Notes under the pieces: generated by a model | Databases searched by the model: none | What the model was told of the DNA's origin: nothing | What the model saw: only the letters and a program-made list of their open reading frames with translations | Program-made: the position numbers and the translations under genes | Source of the DNA: Abditibacteriaceae bacterium | GTDB taxonomy: Bacteria > Armatimonadota > Abditibacteriia > Abditibacteriales > Abditibacteriaceae | Reading direction: 5' to 3' | Assembly: GCA_031372065.1 (NCBI GenBank) | Contig: JANMKN010000054.1 | Coordinates: 1 to 15,183 of the forward strand | Length of the DNA: 15,183 nt | Shown here: piece by piece, positions 1 to 8,198 of the stretch | How positions within the stretch are numbered: position 1 is the stretch's first letter | Layout: each line of letters starts with the position of its first letter

Positions 1-705
1 GAAACCACGTCGTCAGGCCCGCCCGTTTGCCGAAGCAAAACAGCAGCGCCACGAAGACCGCATGAGACACGCGCGCCAGTCGCAGCGCGCCGGGAATGCC
101 GAACTTTTGCACCATCGAATGCAGCCCCATCTTCTTGTCGAACTCGTCGTCCATCGTCGCGTAGATGATGTCGAAGCCCGCGACCCAGAACATGGCACCA
201 GTTCAAACTTCCCCCGCACCGCAATCCACGCGCCGACCGGCGCGATGCCGAGGCAAAAGCCCAAAACCAAATGCGCCAGCGACGTGAATCGTTTGCAGTA
301 GGAGTAGAAGCACAGCACGACGAGCGTCGGAATCGAAAGCCAGAACGCCAACATCTGCAAGCGCCACGCCGCGAACATGAACACCACGGCGGAGATGTTG
401 ACCAACGCCGCCGCTTCGGCCACCGAAACTTTCCCGGTGGGAATTTCGCGGTTCTGGGTGCGTGGATTTTGCTTGTCCAACTCACGATCCACGATGCGGT
501 TGAACCCCATCGCCGTCGTGCGCGCGGCCACCATCGCCACGAGAATCCAAATTATTGTCCACTTGTCCGGCAGTCCGTTCGCAGCTAAAAGCATCGCCGC
601 CAGCGCGAAGGGCAACGCGAAAATGGTGTGCGAAAATTTGACGAGTTCTAAATAATCGCCGAACTTCGCCAGATTCAAATACGAGTAATGCGGAACTTTC
701 GCCAT
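1..705 (-). pseudogene. mqnP: UbiA-family polyprenyltransferase (MqnP-like); frameshifted at about 193 and running off the left edge (pseudogene or assembly error)
   Basis: N-terminal motifs VKFSHTIFALPFA, ARTTAMGFNRIVDRELDKQNPRT..REIP and YSYCKRFT..HLVLG. After ...RGKFELVP the ORF track becomes non-homologous. The frame starting at ATG 193-191 continues MFWVAGFDIIYATMDDEFDKKMGLHS..., the second Asp-rich UbiA motif, and is open to base 2. Confidence 0.88.
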
Positions 706-711
706 GAAAAA

Positions 712-1299
712 TTAAGCGTTCCAACGCTGCGTATCGTGTTCGACGCCGAGTTGGTCCAGCACGCGGTCAACCACAGTATCCAAAACCTCTTCGACACTTT
801 GCGGGCGATGATAAAAATGCGGGCTGGCGTGCATAATTAACGCGCCGGCTTGCGTGGCGGTCACCATATTTTGCAAATGAATCAGTGAAAGCGGCATTTC
901 GCGCGTGACCAAAATCAATTTGCGGCGCTCTTTAAGAGTTACATCGGCGGCGCGGCAAATTAAGTCGTCCGAAGTGCCGTGGGCGATGCGTCCCAGTGTG
1001 CCCATCGAGCAGGGAATTATCACCATGCCATCGTGTTTATTGGAGCCGGAGGCAATCGCCGCGCCGACATTGCGCGGATTATAAACCCTCACGCGCGAAA
1101 GCGAATTAGTATCTTGAAAAAGCGGCGCGGCATCGGTCGAATGCGCGTTGAGTTTGAGGCCTGTTTCCACCGCCATCGCCACGCACGCTGGTTCGCTGAG
1201 AACCAGCGAAATTTGCGCCTCGGTTGCTGTCAATTTATGGAGCAAACGCAAAGCGTAAGGATGTCCCGAAGCGCCGGTTAGGGCGATGATGAAGTGCAT
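712..1299 (-). CDS. ubiX: Flavin prenyltransferase UbiX (MqnM)
   Basis: MHFIIALTGASG, IASGS, IIPCSMGTLGRIAHG, LICRAADVTLKERRKLILVTREMP, FYHRP. Start placed at ATG 1299 rather than 1344 because the family N-terminus begins there. Confidence 0.95.
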   Translation of the reverse strand: MHFIIALTGASGHPYALRLLHKLTATEAQISLVLSEPACVAMAVETGLKLNAHSTDAAPLFQDTNSLSRVRVYNPRNVGAAIASGSNKHDGMVIIPCSMGTLGRIAHGTSDDLICRAADVTLKERRKLILVTREMPLSLIHLQNMVTATQAGALIMHASPHFYHRPQSVEEVLDTVVDRVLDQLGVEHDTQRWNA

Positions 1300-1440
1300 T
1301 TTAATGCCGCAAGCCTTTTTCGCGCAATAAAGCATCGGCCCCATTGCCTGCCTTGTAACAATGATCGAAAAGCGCCTGAAAATCTACCAGGAGGTCTTGG
1401 CCTACGAGAAAAGGGCCGGGCATGAAACACATCCACGAAC

Positions 1441-2142
1441 TTATAGTTTAGTGCGCGCCACAAAACACGTCGCCGCGCCGCCGGTTAAATCGCAGGAGCG
1501 CACAGCGCTAAAACCGCATTCGCGCAACAGAGTTTCAAATTCAGAACGCGAATAGAAATCGCCCACCGAAGCCGGAAGATAGGAATAGGCCGAGTTATGT
1601 TTGGAAATCAGCTTGCCCACGCGCGGCAAAATGCCTTTAAAAAACAAACCGAAAATGTGGCGCAGAAAAAACGATTGAGGCCGCATAAATTCCAGAATCA
1701 TCATGCGCCCGCCCGGTTTTAAAACGCGGCGTATTTGGCGCAAACCGGCGGCGGTGTTTTCAAAATTCCGCACGCCAAAGCCAACTGTGACAGCATCGAA
1801 AGTCGCGTCGTCAAATTGCAAATTGAGGGCGTCGGCCTGAGTGAAAGTTGCCGGTTGCGTTTTCGCCTTCTGCCGCGCGATTTCCAGCATGGGCAAGGCG
1901 AAATCGGCGCCGGTGACGTGACAATTCGGTTGGCGGCGCAGAATTTCAAAGGCGAGGTCGCCCGTGCCGCAGCATAAATCGAGAATCGCTTCGCCGCGCC
2001 TTGGATCGAGCCAGCGCACGCCGCGTTTGCGCCAGCGCACATCTTGATTGGCCGAAAGCAAATGGTTCAGCAAGTCATAGCGCCCGGCGATGGCGCCGAA
2101 CATCGCTTGCACTTGCGGCGCAGATTTATCGAGAGTTGGCAT
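1441..2142 (-). CDS. menG: Demethylmenaquinone methyltransferase MenG/UbiE
   Basis: VQAMFGAIAGRYDLLNHLLS, SAM motif ILDLCCGTGD, VGFGVRN, RVLKPGG..ILEF, AYSYLPASV. Confidence 0.95.
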   Translation of the reverse strand: MPTLDKSAPQVQAMFGAIAGRYDLLNHLLSANQDVRWRKRGVRWLDPRRGEAILDLCCGTGDLAFEILRRQPNCHVTGADFALPMLEIARQKAKTQPATFTQADALNLQFDDATFDAVTVGFGVRNFENTAAGLRQIRRVLKPGGRMMILEFMRPQSFFLRHIFGLFFKGILPRVGKLISKHNSAYSYLPASVGDFYSRSEFETLLRECGFSAVRSCDLTGGAATCFVARTKL

Positions 2143-2160
2143 TTAAAGAGTCAAGCAAAA

Positions 2161-2697
2161 TCACAGATTGGCGAACATATTTTGGAACATTTGCTCCAAC
2201 GATTCGGGGCTGGCTACGGCAGGCGCATTGACGTCATGCTTGGCAAGCATATCCACGATCTCGCGGTTCATGGTGCCCAAACGACGCGCTAAAATTTGCG
2301 CCATGTAAAACAAAAACTGATTCGCCCAGCGTTCGTTGGATTTATGGGCCGCTTCAAATTTGGCGCGGCTGATTTTCCATAATTCGGTGTCGCCCAAAGC
2401 CGAAACCGTCGCGGCGCGCGGTTCATCAAGCAATAAACTCATTTCGCCGATGATGCTATTGGGGCCAACCACGCTGACAACGCGATCTTCGTCGCCCGGC
2501 ACGGCAAGGCGCACTTCCAATTGGCCCGACACTACGAAAAACACCGAAGCGCCTGTATCGCCTTGATGAAATAATTCCTCGCCCGCAGTGAGGCGAATTA
2601 CTTCAATGTCGTCGGTTGCGCTTCGTGCGTCTTGTTCTGATAGGCCACTGAACAACGAGGCCGTTTGCACAGCTTTGGCATTCGCCATGTCACTCAT
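2161..2697 (-). CDS. Stand-alone cyclic nucleotide-binding (CAP_ED/cNMP) domain protein
   Basis: LF.GL, GEELFHQGDTG.SVFFVVSGQLEV, phosphate-binding cassette IGEMSLL..EPRAATVSA. GGAGG RBS 6 nt upstream of ATG 2697. No recognisable C-terminal HTH. Confidence 0.9.
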   Translation of the reverse strand: MSDMANAKAVQTASLFSGLSEQDARSATDDIEVIRLTAGEELFHQGDTGASVFFVVSGQLEVRLAVPGDEDRVVSVVGPNSIIGEMSLLLDEPRAATVSALGDTELWKISRAKFEAAHKSNERWANQFLFYMAQILARRLGTMNREIVDMLAKHDVNAPAVASPESLEQMFQNMFANL

Positions 2698-2747
2698 GCT
2701 TTTCCTCCGCGAATTCTTTCAAACAACGGGAAACTGTTGTTTAGATT

Positions 2748-4250
2748 TTACGGCATCGGTGCGACGATGTGTCCATTTACCGAAGGACTTTCCCGAAAAT
2801 CGCCCAGTCCCAGTTTGTGCCAGATTGCATCAATCTTTTCGACGGTGCCTTTATCCATTTTGACCACATCCGGCCATTCGCGTTCGTGACCTTCGCCCGG
2901 CCATTTGCGCGTGGCATCAAGGCCCATTTTCGAGCCGTAGCCGACCAAAGGCGCCGCGTGATTGAGCGAATCCACCGGGCCTTTGACAATTTGCACATCG
3001 CGCGCCGGGTCAATGTTGTTCGTCACGCGCCAGATGACTTCGCTGAGATTATGCACATCCACATCGTCGTCCACCACGATAATCACTTTGGAAAACATCA
3101 GTTGCCCCAAGCCCCACAAGGCGTGCATGACTTTGTAGGCATGATTGGGATAGCGCTTTTTAATGGAGACAATCGCCAGATTATGAAAGCACGCTTCGAC
3201 GGGCAAATGCATATCCACCAGTTCGGGAATTTGCGTTTTGATGAGCGGTTTGAAAATCGTGCCGACAGCGCCACCGAGATAAGCGTCTTCCATCGGCGGA
3301 ATACCGACAATTGTCGCCGGATAAATCGGCTTTTTGCGTTGCGTGATGCAACTCACGCAAAAAACCGGATAGTTTTCAATCGGCGTGTAGTAGCCGGTGT
3401 GGTCGCCAAATGGCCCTTCGGGACGCGTTTCATCGGGATCAATAGTGCCTTCGATGACGTATTCGCAATCGGCGGGCACCAAAACGTCAATGGTTTCGCA
3501 TTTTGTCATTTCGACGGGCTTGCCGCGCAGAAAACCGGCGAACATCATTTCATCAATTTCTTCGGGTAGCGGCGCGATGGCGCAAAACGGCAAACACGGA
3601 TCGCCGCCCAAGCAAATCGCCGCTTGGATTTTTAGTTTCTTTTCTTGTGCCTCGCGATGATGCTGCGCGCCGACTTTGTGAATTTGCCAGTGCATTCCCG
3701 TGGTATTGCGGTCATAAATTTGAACGCGATACATTCCCACATTGCGCCGTCCGGTGTTGGGATTGTGCGTAAACACCATCGGCAACGTGATAAACGGCCC
3801 GCCATCGTCTGGCCAGCAGGTGAGAACCGGCAGTTTGCTTAAATCTACATCGTCGCCACGAAAAATAACTTCTTTGCAAGGGCCGCTTTTGACTTCTTTT
3901 ACGCCCAAACTTTGTAGCGTGGGCAATAATTTGAGGCCAGTTTGCAACTTGGCGAAGATTCCTGCGGGCGGCGTGGTTTTGATGAGACTTTCGATGCGCG
4001 CCGCGATGTTTTTCGGCTCGTCGTGCAAGGCTAACGCAAGACGTTCATGCGAGCCGTAAAGCCCGATAGCGACTGGCACATTCGGCGTTTCTTTGACGTT
4101 CTCAAAAAGTAGTGCTGGCCCGGCGCGTTTGATGACGCGGTCTGCAATTTCAGCGATTTCCAATTTCGTAGAAAGTGGATGCGTGAGGCGTTTTAGCAGT
4201 TTGCGGCGTTCGAGTTCGTGTAAAAAAGACGGTAAATCGTGAGCGGGCAT
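2748..4250 (-). CDS. ubiD: UbiD-family prFMN-dependent decarboxylase (MqnL, menaquinone futalosine pathway)
   Basis: GPALLFENV, LPVLTCWPDDGGPFITLP, RNVGMYR, EGPFGDHTGYY, GIPPMED, HALWGLGQLMFSK, GSKMGLDATRKWPGEG..REWP. Confidence 0.95.
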   Translation of the reverse strand: MPAHDLPSFLHELERRKLLKRLTHPLSTKLEIAEIADRVIKRAGPALLFENVKETPNVPVAIGLYGSHERLALALHDEPKNIAARIESLIKTTPPAGIFAKLQTGLKLLPTLQSLGVKEVKSGPCKEVIFRGDDVDLSKLPVLTCWPDDGGPFITLPMVFTHNPNTGRRNVGMYRVQIYDRNTTGMHWQIHKVGAQHHREAQEKKLKIQAAICLGGDPCLPFCAIAPLPEEIDEMMFAGFLRGKPVEMTKCETIDVLVPADCEYVIEGTIDPDETRPEGPFGDHTGYYTPIENYPVFCVSCITQRKKPIYPATIVGIPPMEDAYLGGAVGTIFKPLIKTQIPELVDMHLPVEACFHNLAIVSIKKRYPNHAYKVMHALWGLGQLMFSKVIIVVDDDVDVHNLSEVIWRVTNNIDPARDVQIVKGPVDSLNHAAPLVGYGSKMGLDATRKWPGEGHEREWPDVVKMDKGTVEKIDAIWHKLGLGDFRESPSVNGHIVAPMP

Positions 4251-4271
4251 GAGACTTAGTTTGACTGCAAA

Positions 4272-4928
4272 TCAAACAATGAATTCGCGTAAGGCGGCTT
4301 CGAGTTCTTGCGGAATCAGCGTGACCAGCACATCGCCTTGCGCAAAAACAGTTTCGGCATTGGGAATCAGAGCCTGACCGTGGCGCAAAACCGAAATAAT
4401 CAGCGTGCCTTTGGGCAGACTTAAATCGCCGAGTTTCGCATCAAGAAGCGGCGAGTTTTCGTCCACCAAAATTTCGATTACTTCGATGTTGCTGCGTTCT
4501 AAGGCGCCCAGCAAAATAACCGGGCCTTTGGACACTTTCTGGCCCAGCAAATTCAACGCGGCAGCCGTGACCGAAACGCGTTCGCGCACGCCAAGTTTGT
4601 CAAACAGTTCTTCGCTTTGCGGATTGTTTATGACCGCGATGATGCGCGTGCGCTTGAAGCAATTTTGCGCCAGTTGGCAAATGACGAGGTTCGCCGGATC
4701 GTCGCCCGTAGCGGCGATAACTAAATCGGCGCGCTCAATGCCGGCGGCTTTAAGCGTCAGCGGGTCGCAGCCGTCGCCTTGCATCATCACGTCGCCTAAA
4801 TCGGAAGCCAACGGACGAAAAACGCCCGCGTCTTTTTCCATCAACAGAACTTCGTAATCGTTGTTAATCAGCGAACGCGTCAGGTGATAGCCGACGCGTC
4901 CACCGCCAATAATAATCGCGTAGGACAT
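4272..4928 (-). CDS. trkA: TrkA-family K+ regulatory subunit (TrkA_N + TrkA_C; CeoC-like)
   Basis: IIIGGGRVG Rossmann motif, GDGCDP..L..AGIERAD..IAATGDD..NL, C-terminal RCK_C (LPKGTLIISVLR.G..LIPNAETVF..GD). Confidence 0.92.
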   Translation of the reverse strand: MSYAIIIGGGRVGYHLTRSLINNDYEVLLMEKDAGVFRPLASDLGDVMMQGDGCDPLTLKAAGIERADLVIAATGDDPANLVICQLAQNCFKRTRIIAVINNPQSEELFDKLGVRERVSVTAAALNLLGQKVSKGPVILLGALERSNIEVIEILVDENSPLLDAKLGDLSLPKGTLIISVLRHGQALIPNAETVFAQGDVLVTLIPQELEAALREFIV

Positions 4929-5392
4929 TACATAGTCTCCAATGAACTGGCGTCACCGTTGATGGAAATTTCGTTGGGCAGGGAGGGAAAGTGCCCTTGA
5001 TTAATGAAATTTTCCAGCAAGCCTTCCACAATGGTCGTGGTGCAAATGGTTTCGATGCCCATATCGTGAAAAATCTCGGCGCGCACCGGATCGTGCAAAC
5101 GCGCCACGGTGCGCTTGACACCGTATTTGTGCTGCAAAAGTTGGGCGATCATCAAATTGCGATTGTCGCCGCTGGTGACGGTGACGCCAATATCAGCGGT
5201 GGCCGAGCCAGCGCTTTCCAGAACATCGTGATCGAGGCCCGAACCTTGATAGGTTTTGCCCGCGAAGTTTGGCCCCAAGCGCAAAAAGGCTTCGCGGGCG
5301 TTGTCCACAATCGAAACTTCATGTGCTTGCGCCGCCAAACGACGCGCCAAGCGCGCTCCGGTGCGGCCACAACCAATAATCAAAACTTTCAT
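4928..5392 (-). CDS. trkA: TrkA-family subunit, TrkA_N domain only (CeoB-like, short)
   Basis: MKVLIIGCGRTG, G.G.D.DVLE.AG, TSGDNRNLMIAQ, ARLHDPVRAEIF..MGI.T. AGGA RBS before ATG 5392. Stop overlaps the next start (TAATG). Confidence 0.9.
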   Translation of the reverse strand: MKVLIIGCGRTGARLARRLAAQAHEVSIVDNAREAFLRLGPNFAGKTYQGSGLDHDVLESAGSATADIGVTVTSGDNRNLMIAQLLQHKYGVKRTVARLHDPVRAEIFHDMGIETICTTTIVEGLLENFINQGHFPSLPNEISINGDASSLETM

Positions 5393-5412
5393 TATTTTCC
5401 CTATGCCCAACA

Positions 5413-7404
5413 TCAATGAGAAGGCGTGGTTTGCGGCTCTGGCGCGAATTCCTGCCCCGGTGCATCCGCCAGCGGTTTCAAGATATACGGCACATTGGTG
5501 ACGACCACGCCTTCACGTTCGTGCAAGCGCAAAGCTAAGAGCAACCCAGCGTGACCGTGCAGCAACTTTGCCCACCATTCGCGCGGCACAAATTCGGGAA
5601 TCACAATGGTAATCAAACTGCGTGGCTCTTCTTTTTGAATTTGAGTGATGTGGTCAACCACCGGGTCAACTAACGAGCGATAAGGCGAGGGCAGCATTTC
5701 CAGCGGCACGCCGCGCGAATATAAAGTCCACTTTTCGCGCAAGCGCTTTTCGCGCGCTTGATCTATCGAAATATGCAGGGCTTGCACGTCCGGCGAAATT
5801 GAGCGGGCATATTGCAAAGCGGCAATCACGCCGCGATGAATGTCGGGCACCAGCACAAAAACAAAGTGACGCCGCCCTTGCATCGGGCGATAATTTTCCA
5901 ACGATAACTGCTGCGCCACGCTGCGATAATGCGCGTTGATTTTGCGTAGTCCCATCACGATGATCGGAATAGCCGCCGCCACCATCCACGCGCCGCCTTT
6001 GAACTTAGTGTAAAGGATGATGCACATCACGATAAACGTTGCCGTCGCGCCGATGGCATTAACAGCGACGTTCAATTTCCAGTTGGGCGGGCGCAATTTG
6101 CGCCAATGCAAAACCATGCCGCTTTGTGACAGCGTGAACGATAAAAACACACCCAACGCGTAAAGCGAAATAATGCGTGTCACCGAACCGCGAAAGATGA
6201 CAATCAAAACCGCCGAGCATAAAGCCAGTGCGATAATGCCGTTGTTGAAGGCTAATCTATCGCCGATATTCGCCATCTGGCGCGGCATATAGCGGTCACG
6301 CGCCAGCACCATGCTCAGGCGCGGAAAATCGGCGTAAGCGGTGTTGGCCGCAAGAACCAAAATCGCTGTCGTGAACATTTGCAACACAAAATAAAACCAC
6401 GCCGCACTGGTGCCATCGAAGGTGCGATGCGCCAAAACCGAAAGCAACGTTTCCGTACTTTCGATGTGGTTATGCTCGACGGCAAATTGCGATGTGCCTT
6501 CGGCCAGTGCAACAATCGGCTGCGAATTCGACATATAAGCCAGCGCTGTAATGCCCAAGAAAAGCGTAACCAGAATGGTCGCCATCCAGCCGAGAGTAAT
6601 GGCCGCGTTGCGCGATTCGGGCGGCTGAAAGGCCGGAACGCCGTCGGAAATTGCTTCGATACCCGTTAAAGCCGTGCAACCCGACGCAAAAGCGCGCAGC
6701 AGCATGAAAAAGCCGAGTTGATGCGTTTGATAAGCCGGGTTGGAAATGGCTTGTTGCTGATGTTGCAGCACGCTATAGTCGCCCAAACCTCCATTTTGCT
6801 GGCGGTAAAAGCCGTAAACCAAAAGCGCGACCATCGAAAGCAAAAAGCCATAAGTCGGAATCGCGAAGACAGTTCCGCTTTCTTTCATGCCGCGCAGATT
6901 GAGCAAGGTAATCAGCGCGATGAACATCAAACACAGGTAAATCACAGACGATGCGTGACCTTGCAAATGCGGAAAGGCCGAAGTGAGCGCCGCCACGCCC
7001 GCCGCCACGGAAACCGCCACGGTCAGAACATAATCAATAAGGAGCGCCGCTGCTGCGACAAGCCCGGTTTGTTGTCCGAAATTTTCCTTTGCCACCAAAT
7101 AGGCGCCGCCGCCTTGCGGATAGGCATAAACCGTTTGGCGATACGACAGCGCCACGATGACCAAAAGCGCGCCGATGCCAAGGCCCACTGGCAACAGCGT
7201 GTGCAGGTTTTGCAGGGTTTCCGGCGCGGTAAAGCTCACCGTCAGCATGAGCGCCAGCAGAATTTCTTCGGTGGCGTAGGCGGTGGACGACAGCGCGTCG
7301 GAAGCGAAAACGGCTAAGGCGATGACTTTGGGCAATCGCTGATGATGTGCCCGGTCCGTGGCGATGGGTTGGCCGACTAACAAGCGTTTCAGTGAAAACG
7401 CCAT
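5413..7404 (-). CDS. kimA: KimA/YdaO-like APC-superfamily (KUP-related) K+ transporter
   Basis: LKRLLVG.P, FASDALSSTAYATEE, SYRQTVYAYPQGGGAY, LLIDYVLTVAVS, ALTGIEAISDG, FPRL...LARD.YMP, cytoplasmic SPYRSL..P and IPEFVP..WW..LLH. AAAGGA RBS before ATG 7404. Confidence 0.9.
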   Translation of the reverse strand: MAFSLKRLLVGQPIATDRAHHQRLPKVIALAVFASDALSSTAYATEEILLALMLTVSFTAPETLQNLHTLLPVGLGIGALLVIVALSYRQTVYAYPQGGGAYLVAKENFGQQTGLVAAAALLIDYVLTVAVSVAAGVAALTSAFPHLQGHASSVIYLCLMFIALITLLNLRGMKESGTVFAIPTYGFLLSMVALLVYGFYRQQNGGLGDYSVLQHQQQAISNPAYQTHQLGFFMLLRAFASGCTALTGIEAISDGVPAFQPPESRNAAITLGWMATILVTLFLGITALAYMSNSQPIVALAEGTSQFAVEHNHIESTETLLSVLAHRTFDGTSAAWFYFVLQMFTTAILVLAANTAYADFPRLSMVLARDRYMPRQMANIGDRLAFNNGIIALALCSAVLIVIFRGSVTRIISLYALGVFLSFTLSQSGMVLHWRKLRPPNWKLNVAVNAIGATATFIVMCIILYTKFKGGAWMVAAAIPIIVMGLRKINAHYRSVAQQLSLENYRPMQGRRHFVFVLVPDIHRGVIAALQYARSISPDVQALHISIDQAREKRLREKWTLYSRGVPLEMLPSPYRSLVDPVVDHITQIQKEEPRSLITIVIPEFVPREWWAKLLHGHAGLLLALRLHEREGVVVTNVPYILKPLADAPGQEFAPEPQTTPSH

Positions 7405-7462
7405 ATTGTTAATTCCTTTGGGGTTGTAGGACAACTCTGCATGATGATTCTCCCACGCGTGA

Positions 7463-7491
7463 ATGTTAGCGCGCCATGATAAAGGCGTCAA
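7463..7491 (-). promoter_or_regulatory. Sigma70-type promoter for the kimA-trkA-trkA-mqn run
   Basis: Minus strand TTGACG (7491-7486), 17-nt spacer, TAACAT (7468-7463), about 58 nt upstream of the kimA ATG. Confidence 0.65.
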
Positions 7492-7499
7492 TAGAGCGA

Positions 7500-7527
7500 T
7501 TACAGGCTTTTTACGGCACGCTATACT
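7500..7527 (+). promoter_or_regulatory. Probable promoter for the DUF433 operon, likely leaderless or near-leaderless transcript
   Basis: TATACT at 7522-7527, 8 nt before ATG 7536. No SD sequence. Weak -35 (TTACAG, 7500-7505). Confidence 0.5.
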
Positions 7528-7535
7528 TTGAAATT

Positions 7536-7796
7536 ATGCAAGAGAGAATTGAATTTTCCGCTATTGTTTGCGACCCGGAAATCTGCCACGGCGCGCCCAC
7601 CTTTCGCGGCACTCGCATTTTCGTGGCCGATGTGCTGGAACAAGTGGCAATGGGCATGGCGTGGGAGTCCATCATTGAACAGTGGCGTGGTGCTATTACG
7701 CGCGATGCCATCGCCGAAGCTGTGCGTCTGGCACGCCGCAGTTTTCTGGATCGCGTCGAAGAAGTTGAACGCGAGCAGGAACAGGCTGTGTCATGA
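7536..7796 (+). CDS. DUF433-family protein (putative antitoxin, VapB45-like)
   Basis: IVCDPEICHGAPTFRGTRIFVADVLEQVA.G...E.I.......IT.DAI.EA matches the DUF433 signature. Start placed at ATG 7536. Confidence 0.9.
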   Translation: MQERIEFSAIVCDPEICHGAPTFRGTRIFVADVLEQVAMGMAWESIIEQWRGAITRDAIAEAVRLARRSFLDRVEEVEREQEQAVS

Positions 7797-8188
7797 TTGT
7801 CCTCGACGAGAATATCGTGGAAGACGAAGCGCAGCTACTGCGTGCGTGGCGTATTTCGTTCCGACAAATAGGGCAGAATATTGGACGCGCCGGTATGAAG
7901 GATGAGGAAATCATACCCTTTTTGCATTCGCTCAAGCGTGTGACTTTTATAACGCGTGATTTGCGATTTTATTCGCGCGAGACGCCACATTCCAATCATT
8001 GCCTGCTTGTTTTAGCCGTTGAGCAGCAGGAAGTGGCCTCTTTTGCGCGCAGATTCCTCAAGCATTCCGATTTCAACACGACGCAAAAACGCATGGGAAC
8101 TATCATTCAAGCGAACCAAAATGGCCTCCGCGTGCGCCGCTTGAATCAACCAAGTGACACGGTTGTGCCTTGGCTCAGATTAGTGTGA
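7793..8188 (+). CDS. DUF5615/VapC45-like PIN-domain protein (putative toxin)
   Basis: MIVLDENI, G..GMKDEEII, FITRD..FY give the acidic PIN-like residues. ATGA overlap with the DUF433 gene. Confidence 0.82.
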   Translation: MIVLDENIVEDEAQLLRAWRISFRQIGQNIGRAGMKDEEIIPFLHSLKRVTFITRDLRFYSRETPHSNHCLLVLAVEQQEVASFARRFLKHSDFNTTQKRMGTIIQANQNGLRVRRLNQPSDTVVPWLRLV

Positions 8189-8198
8189 AAATAGAATA

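Noticed and set aside
13..193. ORF-track C-terminus CSGSRASTSSTRRW... of the UbiA ORF
   Set aside because: Out-of-frame readthrough after the deletion. The homologous sequence is in another frame.
2769..3569. 266-aa plus-strand ORF, and other antisense or nested ORFs such as 6718-7317 and 10210-10779
   Set aside because: Shadow ORFs of well-supported genes in GC-rich DNA, with no recognisable motifs.
712..4250. Ubiquinone biosynthesis or aromatic-acid catabolism role for ubiD/ubiX/ubiA/ubiE
   Set aside because: The HTIFALPFA-type UbiA with UbiD, UbiX and MenG fits the futalosine menaquinone pathway better, and no Ubi hydroxylases are present.
7405..7535. ydaO/c-di-AMP riboswitch upstream of kimA
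   Set aside because: The predicted leader is only about 50 nt, too short, and I see no ydaO consensus.
7405..7535. Longer N-termini for kimA (7491) and DUF433 (7476)
   Set aside because: They overlap each other and the promoter elements. Family N-termini support 7404 and 7536, and 7404 has an RBS.
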